Positions 28,660 through 38,073 of a stretch of DNA of 64,000 bases are shown one piece after another (positions within the stretch are counted from its first letter, which is position 1; every line of letters starts with the position of its first letter). Under the pieces are notes generated by a model. It saw nothing but the letters and a program-made list of their open reading frames with translations. It had not been told where the DNA came from and ran no database searches. The stretch is from a virus. Where the stretch lies: the IMG/VR virus record IMGVR_UViG_3300025280_000024, positions 38,046 through 102,045 of that record; one strand, written 5' to 3'. The position numbers were made by a program, and so were the translations under genes.

Positions 28660-29474
28660 TAGCTCTGAATCTCCCGGGCAAGACCTTGTATTTTCAAAAC
28701 CTGTCTTATCGTGCTTTCATTAATCGGTTTAAGTTTGATGCCGGCAATGAGATTCAACACTTTCTTTGTTGAATCAGTCATATTTGTATCTTCTTTAATC
28801 TCGTCCAATTCTAATGAAGAGTCCACAATCTCTATTAATCTTGTTATTTCTTCATTTAAATAAATTTTCAAATCGATGCTATCGTTGGAAAACGAAATAA
28901 TATAATGGTTTAGTAATTGCTTCTGTTCTTCTAACAATCCTTCATACTGTGAATTAAACTTCTCAATAAAAGTCTTATAGGCCAGATTTCCTATTGACTT
29001 CATTACTTTCTTCTCTTTTGAAGTTGAAATGAGATCAGCAATAATTTTCTTTTCCAATAAAACCCTATTTTTAACCGTTACATCTTCATCAAACAATTGC
29101 GACAGTGTAGCCAAATCTTTATAATTGGGAACAAAATTGGAAAAAACAGATTTTGATAAAAACTTGTTTATCTTCGATATGACTTCACTTTGTTCTCTAA
29201 AGACTTCTCCTTTATCAAGTCTTTGATGGGCTGCTTTTGTTTCAAAAATGTATTTCTCGGCAGTGTGAGGGTCCATTTCTTCGCTGGTTAAGGTGTCTTT
29301 GTATAATTGTAACTCTTTTTGGAGAATTGTCCCTTTCTTAAAATGTTCTTTAAGAATAGAAAGAACGTTGGATTTTCTTTTTTTATTCTTCTTTATTATA
29401 CTTTTGGTCAATTCTCTAACCAAAATTTCGTATAAAAACACCGTATTGCGTTTTTTATTGTGTTTCTTCGACAT
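28659..29474 (-). CDS. hypothetical protein (likely start MSKKHNKKRNT)
   Basis: ORF directly after portal. Confidence 0.6.
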   Translation of the reverse strand: MSKKHNKKRNTVFLYEILVRELTKSIIKKNKKRKSNVLSILKEHFKKGTILQKELQLYKDTLTSEEMDPHTAEKYIFETKAAHQRLDKGEVFREQSEVISKINKFLSKSVFSNFVPNYKDLATLSQLFDEDVTVKNRVLLEKKIIADLISTSKEKKVMKSIGNLAYKTFIEKFNSQYEGLLEEQKQLLNHYIISFSNDSIDLKIYLNEEITRLIEIVDSSLELDEIKEDTNMTDSTKKVLNLIAGIKLKPINESTIRQVLKIQGLAREIQS

Positions 29475-31389
29475 TATCTTTTTTCTCCAATTCTGCAATC
29501 AAATCTCTAATACCTTGATTTACTTCAATTAGAAGCTGTTCTTCATTATTATAATTAGATTCGTTGTCCCCAGAAAGACTTTCGCTTAGATTAATTAAAC
29601 TCGGAGCTTTCCAAACGTTTCTTGTAGTAGGACGAGCAGTCTCGTCTGACCAAGAACCTTTTGTTCGCCTGTGGTTTGCTCCTATACCCCTTTTATCACT
29701 TTTAACCGGAAAATATACTTTTCCTTTTGAACCCGGAGTTACATAACCAGTACCACTATCTCGATGGCCTGGAGCGGCCAAGAGTGTTTCTTCTTCGCCG
29801 GCAAGCTCTTCCTCACCGCCAAGCTCTTCCTCACCGCCAAGTTCTTCTTCTCCGAACTCTTCTCCACCGAATTCTTCTCCTCCGAAGTCATCGCCTAATT
29901 CGCCCATTTCGCCGGCGCCGAGACCACCTTCCATCTCCTCTTCGCCGGCAGCTGCAGCTTCAAGAGCAGCAGCATATTTACGATCATAAAACTGTTCTCT
30001 CTGGTTGCGCAGGAATTCTTCTTCTGAAAGACTAAATATGTGTTCTGAAACCCAACGCTTGCTGAAATAACCTTCAGTGGCTGACCCAGCCGTATCAAAC
30101 TTTGTTTTCCAATGCTCTAATTCTTGAATCTCAGCAATTCTCGAAGGATTGTTCAACTTAAGTTTAAAAGATATTAAATCGTTTGTTCGATATCCCAACG
30201 AATATAAGTGAACAATGCCGATCTTCTCAAGCTCTGACACAACTGATCTTTGCAATCTCTGAATAGTTCTGGCAAAGCGAATATCTTTTTGAGCCAACGT
30301 TGTTTTGTCTTCTTCTGCTCCTTCTCCACGAAACAAATACGATTGAGGAATCTTCAAAGCAGCAAACAATTTGTCCTTTAAATATTTGACATCATCAATA
30401 TCTCCAGTATAAGAACCACCTGGAAGAGTTTCAACTCTAGAATTGATGCCGGCTCTCACCGGAATGAAATAATCTTCTTCAACAGAAAGAGGATTATATC
30501 GCAAATCCACACGACCAGTAGTGGGATCAACCAATTGGTTTCTCTTCATATTGGTGATTGTTTTTTGCATAAACTGTTCAATATCTTGAGGAGGAACATT
30601 GCCGGTGTCAATGTAAAACACACGACGTTCTGGCGAACGAACAATACGATAAGCCATCATTGCATCTTCTAGAAGAACCAGTTGGCGCCAGATACGCCGG
30701 GCACCTTCCAAAACTGATGTTCCATATGGAGCATACTTATCATTTCCCAAAATACGAATGTGCGCAACTTGCCAGTTCTCAAAAGTCAACCCACCGGAAT
30801 TCCACTGAAATTGAACATAGTTTGGATTCGTCTTATCTTCTCCTTCGATCCTTTCTACTTGATCATAGGGTAAAGCAATGACATTTTTGACGCCATAATC
30901 TTCATTGACGTCAATATAAAGAAACATGTCACCATATTTGCACATCGTTCGACACCAACCAAAAAGATTGAATTCAATGTTCATTATATTATGATACAGA
31001 GAGTGCAGCACAGCTTTGATTTCTTCATTGGGACAATCGATTTTCAACAAAGGCTGTAAATCAGAAGACGTGGTCATTTCATCTGCATATATGTCCATTG
31101 CCGAATTAATAATCGGTTCATATTCCATTTGATCAAAATCAGCATATCGCTCCACGCGATTCTGATTTGCAATCATGCTTGTTTGAAGATTCTCAAATGG
31201 ATTGTGAGCGGTCCGCTTAAAAGGTTGACCACTCAACGATTTAAACGTATTCGCAAACTTATCTAATTGATGCCGGCGATACTTTCGAATCGTTTGAGCA
31301 CGATAGTCAATAATAGGCCCAGAAAAAACCCTTGTTAATTTTTTAAATAACCTAGAATCTGGGTTTTTGGGATTATTTATACTTGCCAT
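29455..31389 (-). CDS. portal protein (T4 gp20-like)
   Basis: KYGDMF, PYGTSVLE, LLEDAMMAYRIVRSPERRVFYID.GN, EDYFIP.R, TLPGG, DIRFARTI; Gly/Glu-rich tail. Confidence 0.95.
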   Translation of the reverse strand: MASINNPKNPDSRLFKKLTRVFSGPIIDYRAQTIRKYRRHQLDKFANTFKSLSGQPFKRTAHNPFENLQTSMIANQNRVERYADFDQMEYEPIINSAMDIYADEMTTSSDLQPLLKIDCPNEEIKAVLHSLYHNIMNIEFNLFGWCRTMCKYGDMFLYIDVNEDYGVKNVIALPYDQVERIEGEDKTNPNYVQFQWNSGGLTFENWQVAHIRILGNDKYAPYGTSVLEGARRIWRQLVLLEDAMMAYRIVRSPERRVFYIDTGNVPPQDIEQFMQKTITNMKRNQLVDPTTGRVDLRYNPLSVEEDYFIPVRAGINSRVETLPGGSYTGDIDDVKYLKDKLFAALKIPQSYLFRGEGAEEDKTTLAQKDIRFARTIQRLQRSVVSELEKIGIVHLYSLGYRTNDLISFKLKLNNPSRIAEIQELEHWKTKFDTAGSATEGYFSKRWVSEHIFSLSEEEFLRNQREQFYDRKYAAALEAAAAGEEEMEGGLGAGEMGELGDDFGGEEFGGEEFGEEELGGEEELGGEEELAGEEETLLAAPGHRDSGTGYVTPGSKGKVYFPVKSDKRGIGANHRRTKGSWSDETARPTTRNVWKAPSLINLSESLSGDNESNYNNEEQLLIEVNQGIRDLIAELEKKDNVEETQ

Positions 31390-31391
31390 AT

Positions 31392-32966
31392 CTATCCTTT
31401 ATATATCCATGCATATTGCTGTGTTTCTTTTTGTTTTTCTTTGTTGTGATGTGGCACATACCCTTTCATTCCCGGGATTGTCGTATTCATAGTATAGTCG
31501 ACTTTTTTCATTGAATTCAAAAAAACCTTAGAATACTCTATACCTTTCTGATTAACAATTAGCGCAGTGTCTCTCACCCAGCAGGCGATTGCCAAGGCCA
31601 TCATGAGGTCATCGTTATATCCTCGCATTGCTTCTGGTTTATTGTTGTTCCATACAAAGGTCTTTATTTCGTTGAGAAGGCGAGGAGAATATATCTTAAT
31701 TATCTTGTTTCTAATAAATTCTTCCAATTTTGCAATAATCATTGGGCGAGTTTTTCCAGAAGTCGTGAATCCTGGAACACAATCGTTCCTGCCTTCTGTC
31801 GCAAATTGTTCAATATATTCGTGTGTTGACTTGATTGAATGATATACGTTTGTATATCCCAAATCTTTTATTTTCTCTACGACTGTGTATCCAATATTGT
31901 TGTTCTCGACAACAATCATGCAGTTTCCATATTCTTTGCCGACGTTATATACATATTCTGCATATATATCGGGCGTCGGTTTTCCTTGATACTCAGCAAC
32001 AATTTCCATTGTGTTGAGATTTAATATGTGAAAAACGGAATAGTCCTTTCCATCTCCTCGGGCAACATCAGCAGACAAAAGATAGGTGCAGGCAGAATCG
32101 TATTCTTTCCAAATCCAAAAATTTCTATCAAACCCTGTCTTATATTTGGGCTCACAGATTTCTTCATTGATTCTTTTAATATCATCGGGATGAATGACGG
32201 TTTCACCGGAAGCATTAAAGTTGCACATATATTCTTGTGCAATTTGTCTCTTAGACATGTTCTTTGTTTCTGAATCAAACCATTTTTGATCACGATCGGG
32301 GTGGCGATCCCACATTAGTTTAACATTGCTGAATGAATTTAGTCCTAAGTTAGACTCAGTGTATGTCTGATGGAACCAGTTTCCAACACCGTTTGGTGTG
32401 GAAGCTACAATACAACGACCACCAGTTGAAATGGTTGGTGACAAACCTGTCCACAATTCATCTAGTCCTTCAACGTGTGCAGCTTCATCAATAATGAGAA
32501 GAGATAACGCTTCTGAACGGCCGGCATCAAACGCGGTAGAAGCGGCTTTTATTTGAGATCCATTTCCCAATTCGAAAGATGTCCTGTTATCAACTGAAAT
32601 ATTTGTTAGTCGTATCCAGCTTGGCAATGCTTTAATAATCGCTTTCACTTTTTTGACCAGCGTTGAAGCCGTCTGAAACTTGGTTGCCATCACGAGAATG
32701 TTTTTATCTCGATGAAATAGCATCATCCAAGAAATATAACCCGCCATTATTGTCGTAATGCCCATTTGACGAGCCTTAAGTATAACATTAAATCTGTGAT
32801 CATTAAAACTTTCTAAAAGCTCTTCTTGATAATCATATGTTTTAAAGGGAATTAAACCGCGTACAGGGTGAGATATTCTAACATAATTGTTAATAAAATA
32901 GTTTGGATCTTTCCCAGATTTTACAATCTCTTGAACTAATTCCTTTTTGGATAATTGATAACTCAT
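31392..32966 (-). CDS. terL: terminase large subunit (T4 gp17-like)
   Basis: LKARQMGITT (Walker A), IIDEAAH (Walker B), STPNG, ADVARGDGKDYS, VENN, DDLMMA. Confidence 0.96.
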   Translation of the reverse strand: MSYQLSKKELVQEIVKSGKDPNYFINNYVRISHPVRGLIPFKTYDYQEELLESFNDHRFNVILKARQMGITTIMAGYISWMMLFHRDKNILVMATKFQTASTLVKKVKAIIKALPSWIRLTNISVDNRTSFELGNGSQIKAASTAFDAGRSEALSLLIIDEAAHVEGLDELWTGLSPTISTGGRCIVASTPNGVGNWFHQTYTESNLGLNSFSNVKLMWDRHPDRDQKWFDSETKNMSKRQIAQEYMCNFNASGETVIHPDDIKRINEEICEPKYKTGFDRNFWIWKEYDSACTYLLSADVARGDGKDYSVFHILNLNTMEIVAEYQGKPTPDIYAEYVYNVGKEYGNCMIVVENNNIGYTVVEKIKDLGYTNVYHSIKSTHEYIEQFATEGRNDCVPGFTTSGKTRPMIIAKLEEFIRNKIIKIYSPRLLNEIKTFVWNNNKPEAMRGYNDDLMMALAIACWVRDTALIVNQKGIEYSKVFLNSMKKVDYTMNTTIPGMKGYVPHHNKEKQKETQQYAWIYKG

Positions 32967-32978
32967 TCATTTCCAAAT

Positions 32979-33524
32979 TTAGTCTTTCTTTCTTGTTACG
33001 TTTTTAGGTTTGGGAGACTTCTTGCCAAGTTCCAACCACTTCTTAAAAGACTTCTCCAGCCGTTCTTCACTTGCTTCAGCAACAGGCTCAACGTCTCCAA
33101 TTCCACCAATCTTATACCATTTATAAGCTTGAACCCAAGAACGAACCCTGGAAGTATTTTGAACAATAGCTTCCATTTCTCCTTCAGCAGTCAAAGTCAG
33201 GGCATCGCCGGTTACTTTCTTGTATTCTTTCTTAAGAAACTTTGCGATATCGTTAATCATGCTTTCTGTATCTGATTCGAAGTTCTTGTCGTGAACGTCT
33301 TTTAGCTTTACTTCAGAATGATAGTGGATACACAACAAATTTCCTGAAAACTTGACCTTAAAGCCATCCATCACACGAGAATCAAGAATTGAATCTCCTT
33401 CTTCTCTCTTCAAGCCAAAGGTATGTGCTTCGCCGTCATCCGTATAGCGAGCGTCGTGCCCTCCGTCATACGCATAAGTCAAAGCTTGCGATATTCCTCT
33501 GATAATCTCTAATGTTGTAGCCAT
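32979..33524 (-). CDS. hypothetical protein
   Basis: 181-aa ORF directly upstream of terL. Confidence 0.6.
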   Translation of the reverse strand: MATTLEIIRGISQALTYAYDGGHDARYTDDGEAHTFGLKREEGDSILDSRVMDGFKVKFSGNLLCIHYHSEVKLKDVHDKNFESDTESMINDIAKFLKKEYKKVTGDALTLTAEGEMEAIVQNTSRVRSWVQAYKWYKIGGIGDVEPVAEASEERLEKSFKKWLELGKKSPKPKNVTRKKD

Positions 33525-33525
33525 T

Positions 33526-33915
33526 TTATTCTCCTTGTGGTCTCCAGCCAGAACGCCAGCGTTCTTCCCGGTTTTCTACATACTGTATATAGCACTTAAA
33601 ACAACAATTATATTTATTCATATAAACATCATCCTGTGTTTTAAACGAATAAGTTTCACAAACCGGGCAAGTTCGTTCTTTTCCCTTAATAAGTAGTTTC
33701 TTGGGAATGAAAACTCCACTCACTTCTACTTTCTCGGATTTGTCTCTGATCTTGTCTCGCTTTTTATAAAACTCTTCAATTTGTTCTTGATATTCTTTTT
33801 CTTTTTCTTCATTCCAATCTTTTTTTGGATTTTGAATTGCCTCTTCGCCATACTTCTTTGCTATGGCTTTTTCGACTTTGACGATGTAGTGTGGATCTTT
33901 GTGTTCTTTAATCAT
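33526..33915 (-). CDS. hypothetical protein with Cys-rich (Zn-binding-like) C-terminus
   Basis: CPVC...CCFKC. Confidence 0.6.
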   Translation of the reverse strand: MIKEHKDPHYIVKVEKAIAKKYGEEAIQNPKKDWNEEKEKEYQEQIEEFYKKRDKIRDKSEKVEVSGVFIPKKLLIKGKERTCPVCETYSFKTQDDVYMNKYNCCFKCYIQYVENREERWRSGWRPQGE

Positions 33916-33919
33916 AATC

Positions 33920-34780
33920 CTACCTTGGTTGAGAAACTAGTTGTACTGGACCTTCATAAAATTCATCAGGCGCGCCGAGAATTGTTCGTGTAAATCGACC
34001 AGATTCAACACTAATCCGTTCGCCAATTTCAGCAAGCTCGCGGAGGTCCGACCGCCCCATCTCTCCACTGTCTATCATCTCATTTATGGATTCATAGGCC
34101 CACCGAATTATGTCAGCGCCTTCTTCTGATGAGTTTTTCAAGTCAACAAGTTCGTCCATTCCTTGAGCGTGTTCCAACCACTCAACTGCTTGAGCGAACA
34201 TTCGCGACTCCCGGGAGCCTCCTATTTCAGATGGGAATTCATCTTGCGCAACAGACAAAAACCCTTTGATCGCATCAAGTCCAGTATCATTTAAAGTAGT
34301 TTCTTCACCGGTGTATCCCCCAGTGCTAATAGCAGCTTCTACTTCACCAGCCAAACCAGCCATTACTGCCGTCACTGCCAACATAACTAAAATAGTTGTG
34401 ATAATCTTACAAAGTGTTTTGTGGGCTGAACAAAACTTTGCAACCTTTTGCATGATGCTCTTTAACACTCCAGCAATCTTATCCAATTGAACGTTTGCCG
34501 TTAACATCATTTTTAAGGCTTGGAATACAAGTTTTTTGAAAAAAGATGCTACTTTCTCAACTGCTTTCGTAAATAACTCTTTTCCCTTCTCGTATCCTCC
34601 CCTGAGAATGTCCAATAAACCTTCATTTAAAACCTGAGAGGCTTCAAATATAACCATTTGTTCCCATTTATTATAGAGTTGTTCTTCCGTTATTAAACCT
34701 TGCTTGTGGTTTTCACAAAGAACTGTAAAGTTGTTTGCTTCCTTCAGAAACTTTCTCCAGTTTTCAAATAACAATTTCAT
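33920..34780 (-). CDS. MKL-leader protein 14; unknown, one hydrophobic segment
   Basis: Starts MKLLFENWRKFLKE. Confidence 0.7.
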   Translation of the reverse strand: MKLLFENWRKFLKEANNFTVLCENHKQGLITEEQLYNKWEQMVIFEASQVLNEGLLDILRGGYEKGKELFTKAVEKVASFFKKLVFQALKMMLTANVQLDKIAGVLKSIMQKVAKFCSAHKTLCKIITTILVMLAVTAVMAGLAGEVEAAISTGGYTGEETTLNDTGLDAIKGFLSVAQDEFPSEIGGSRESRMFAQAVEWLEHAQGMDELVDLKNSSEEGADIIRWAYESINEMIDSGEMGRSDLRELAEIGERISVESGRFTRTILGAPDEFYEGPVQLVSQPR

Positions 34781-35973
34781 TTTAAATACCCCACTATCTC
34801 ATCATAAGTATTTCCAAGCTCACCTCTGTGAATGGCAGACAAAACATCTTTTTCTGCCCGCCCTATCTCTTTGCCCTTAAAGCCCATTTGCATAAGTTCT
34901 TGTCCACCAATCTCCAACTCAGATCCTTTTAATGGGAGATCAATAGCGGACATTATTTTCTCTGCTTGCTGATAATAGCCAAGTTGTCTCAGAACGTTCG
35001 CAATCAATGGCATCTTTTCTTTCTGATCGACGGCATATTCATAGACCTCGCCGGCATCTCGTGAAGCTGCTATGGAAATGTCCAAGTACTTGATCATGGC
35101 GTTTGTTGGCCGCATAGAATTAAAATCACCGCCGTTTAGAAAGAAGGCAACAAAGTTTCCATTTATTTTGTCCTCGGGAGTTCCCTCGATCCTGACTATT
35201 TGTGGATCAAAATCATCACCAAACAACCTTCTTCCAATGCCAGTCTCCTCAAGAAGTGAAACAAGCTTGTCACTATTAACAGAACCCTTTGTCCAGGCCT
35301 TATTGAACTCCATAAAAACCCTTTCAGCAGCAACGGTGTCGATTTTATCGATATTGTTTCTAATCGCTGCGAGCGCAGCGGATTCAATGTCAAAGTCAAA
35401 ACGAACAGCAAACTGAAGCGCTCTCATCATTCTCAGCGGATCTTCTGAGAACCTTTCATTTGGATCACCAACGGCCCTAATGGTTTTGTTTTGTAAATCT
35501 TTTTGTCCTCCGAACACATCTATGATATTGCCGGCAGAATCTTTGGCAAGGGCGTTGATTGTAAAATCTCTTCTTCCTAAGTCGTCTTCTATTGTGGCGT
35601 TGGGATCTGTCGTGACATCGACATCTGTGTGCTTTTCTCCTGTCTTTTCTTCGCCAATTCTTGGAATAGCAAAGTCAAATTCTTCTCCATCAATTATAGC
35701 AGTAATAACACCAAAAGATTTGCCTACCAAGCTAACTTTTCCCAAAGGAGTCAGGGCAGTCGCAATCTGATCTAGTGGCAGCTTCCTTATCAAGAAGTCA
35801 ATATCTTTGGATGGAGGGGTATCCGGTAACAACTCGTCTCTCACAGCGCCGCCGACTATATAACTCTCTCCTCCGGCTTGTTCAATAGTAGATTGGATTT
35901 TCTCTATTGTAGCTGGATCAATCGCTTCGTGAAGTCTTGTGAACTTCCACCAATTTTCAAGTAGAAGCTTCAT
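34777..35973 (-). CDS. cca: MKL-leader protein 13; tRNA nucleotidyltransferase (class II CCA-adding family)
   Basis: VGGAVRD...DIDF, DLGRRDFTINA, RFSEDPLRMMR, ERV..E; no HD domain; starts MKLLLENWWKF. Confidence 0.9.
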   Translation of the reverse strand: MKLLLENWWKFTRLHEAIDPATIEKIQSTIEQAGGESYIVGGAVRDELLPDTPPSKDIDFLIRKLPLDQIATALTPLGKVSLVGKSFGVITAIIDGEEFDFAIPRIGEEKTGEKHTDVDVTTDPNATIEDDLGRRDFTINALAKDSAGNIIDVFGGQKDLQNKTIRAVGDPNERFSEDPLRMMRALQFAVRFDFDIESAALAAIRNNIDKIDTVAAERVFMEFNKAWTKGSVNSDKLVSLLEETGIGRRLFGDDFDPQIVRIEGTPEDKINGNFVAFFLNGGDFNSMRPTNAMIKYLDISIAASRDAGEVYEYAVDQKEKMPLIANVLRQLGYYQQAEKIMSAIDLPLKGSELEIGGQELMQMGFKGKEIGRAEKDVLSAIHRGELGNTYDEIVGYLK

Positions 35974-36416
35974 CTAAAAATCTCTTGCACTTTCCCACAC
36001 ACTTCAAAAGAACCAATTGGTTGAAAATCTTCTTCCACTAGTTCGTTTGACATTTGCGGTTCGCCGCCCGTTTCTGGGTTTGTCGCTATGGTAATGTGTG
36101 GTAGGCCTAATATTTTCATTGGCATTGGCAAGTCTCCCAAATCAACACGAGCGGTCACGACCATATCATTTTGAGCAAGGCCAACAACTTTCAAACAGCC
36201 GTTATAATCCAGCCAACGAGAAGGCAGACGACGCTTCATTTCTGCTGGTGGTAAAATTGTCATATGGTGTGCGAGAGTTTTCCATCCTTCTGGAACATAT
36301 TCTAAAAGTTTTGAATTATCATCTAGTACGAAAGCCGTGTATGAAACATCTTTGGTTGGTGTCCCAAGGGATATTTCATTCAAGAACTTTCTCCAGTTTT
36401 CAAATAGAAGTTTCAT
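35970..36416 (-). CDS. MKL-leader protein 12; 2H phosphoesterase (cyclic phosphodiesterase-like)
   Basis: Two HxT motifs: HHMTI and PHITIA...P..SN. Confidence 0.75.
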   Translation of the reverse strand: MKLLFENWRKFLNEISLGTPTKDVSYTAFVLDDNSKLLEYVPEGWKTLAHHMTILPPAEMKRRLPSRWLDYNGCLKVVGLAQNDMVVTARVDLGDLPMPMKILGLPHITIATNPETGGEPQMSNELVEEDFQPIGSFEVCGKVQEIFR

Positions 36417-37279
36417 TTATGTCTCTCCAAAACGGGAGTCGGGTTCTGCCTTTTCCATTGTCTCTTCAAATTAGCAAATATCCCGTTCTCTGTGTCGAGT
36501 GCTCTCTTGTATATTCTCTGTCTTAATTTGGGCGAAGTTCTTTCCCAACTGCCCGGGCCGTAAAAGTAGATGAACCATTCCATAAATTCTTCAGGGCTCA
36601 TTGCAACAAATTCGCCATCTTTATAAACAGCACTATCCTTAAACGATTTAATGGCTGCAATGACCCTTGCTTGTATTTCTTCAGTGGAGTCAATATATTC
36701 CTGAGTGTCTGGGTTGAATTGTTTTTGTCCTCCAGGGGCTCTATATGGTTTATGTCCCGACCTAATCGCATTCAAATAATGAGTAAGTTCGTGATCAAGA
36801 ATTTCTGAAACTTCAGAAATCGCTTGTTGAATCTGTGCATGTATCTGTTTCGTTGTGAACTCATCAAACTGTTGTTCTTTTAAGCCAATATGGGGAGCAC
36901 TTAACCGCATGCGGCCTCCGGTGCTCATGTCTGCGGCCGCATCGCCGCCTCGAAGATCCCAAACAACCATTACCTCGAATCTTGTTAATGCCTCCTTAAA
37001 TGTCTCAAAATCAGACATAATGGTCTCATCCTGCGTCATCGCTTGATATTCTTCGAACAATTCCTCATCCACAGATTCTGGTCTTGTTTTAAACAAGTAA
37101 GCGAACGTGCCTCCAGCATCTTCATCAGTCAGGTCCAGGGCCCACTTATAATCTTTAATATCATAAAAATTTGACAGTTCTCTAATGAACTTTAAGAAAA
37201 ATTCAGTAATGTTTTCATAAAGAACATCTGTTTTTCTCTCTTTCAAATACTTCCGCCAGTTTTCAAATAGGAGTTTCAT
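36413..37279 (-). CDS. MKL-leader protein 11; HEXXH zinc metallopeptidase-like
   Basis: ILDHELTHY...Y.....EIQA. Confidence 0.65.
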   Translation of the reverse strand: MKLLFENWRKYLKERKTDVLYENITEFFLKFIRELSNFYDIKDYKWALDLTDEDAGGTFAYLFKTRPESVDEELFEEYQAMTQDETIMSDFETFKEALTRFEVMVVWDLRGGDAAADMSTGGRMRLSAPHIGLKEQQFDEFTTKQIHAQIQQAISEVSEILDHELTHYLNAIRSGHKPYRAPGGQKQFNPDTQEYIDSTEEIQARVIAAIKSFKDSAVYKDGEFVAMSPEEFMEWFIYFYGPGSWERTSPKLRQRIYKRALDTENGIFANLKRQWKRQNPTPVLERHK

Positions 37280-38073
37280 CCAATCCTTATCCTAATGGCC
37301 GATGAACGAACCCCATCCAGAGACATCATTAAATCATAAGCATCGTTCTTTAGTTCAGAAAGTTTTGCCAGGTATCCATTTCTTCTTAGCACCTTGAACG
37401 CAAGATTCTCAGCCGAGAACTCACCTCCATCGGTCAGGCCGCATCTTCTCATGTTGCGAATCTTTTCCTTGATTTCGACTGCAGTTTCGTGAGCTTCTTG
37501 ATATTGGCCGGCAGCATACATTTTTTCAGCAGCATCAACCTTCTCCATCATCACTTCTGCTTTCCTGCTGATCGCTTCTTTGTCGAGTTGCACCTTTGTC
37601 TTGGATGGTTTGACCGTCCAATAACCATTCAACACTGAATACATTCCTGTTGAAGCATGTATCTCATTGGCATCTTGAACATAGATTTCAACTTCATGAC
37701 CTTTGATCATAATCTTGTGCATGCGATTCCAACTAGAAGACATATACCTAAAGAACCGATTAACCAAACCAACGTTGTCATCTACTTGAGCCAAATTAAT
37801 AATAATATGCAAATCTATATCTGAATATTTTGTCCAATTGTAGTTTGCTATTGAACCGGTTACTATTATATCAATAATATCAATATTTTTTAACTCTGTT
37901 TTTTCCCAAAAATCTAATGCTATTTCTTTTAACTTCTCTCTAATCTGCGAATTCAATTCGTCGTTCTGCCAAAGGTTTGGTTCAAGAGTGTCTTTTAGTT
38001 GAAGAGTCGAGAAATCAAAATCCTGCAATTCTGTTATATATTTCTTCCAATTTTCAAACAACAGCTTCATCAT
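37276..38073 (-). CDS. MKL-leader protein 10; Pol-beta-superfamily nucleotidyltransferase
   Basis: TGSIANYNWTKYSDIDLHI (GS...DxD) and VEIYVQ. Confidence 0.75.
   Translation of the reverse strand: MMKLLFENWKKYITELQDFDFSTLQLKDTLEPNLWQNDELNSQIREKLKEIALDFWEKTELKNIDIIDIIVTGSIANYNWTKYSDIDLHIIINLAQVDDNVGLVNRFFRYMSSSWNRMHKIMIKGHEVEIYVQDANEIHASTGMYSVLNGYWTVKPSKTKVQLDKEAISRKAEVMMEKVDAAEKMYAAGQYQEAHETAVEIKEKIRNMRRCGLTDGGEFSAENLAFKVLRRNGYLAKLSELKNDAYDLMMSLDGVRSSAIRIRIG

Noticed and set aside
32979-33915. Small terminase call for the genes upstream of terL
   Set aside because: Position fits but no sequence motif supports it.
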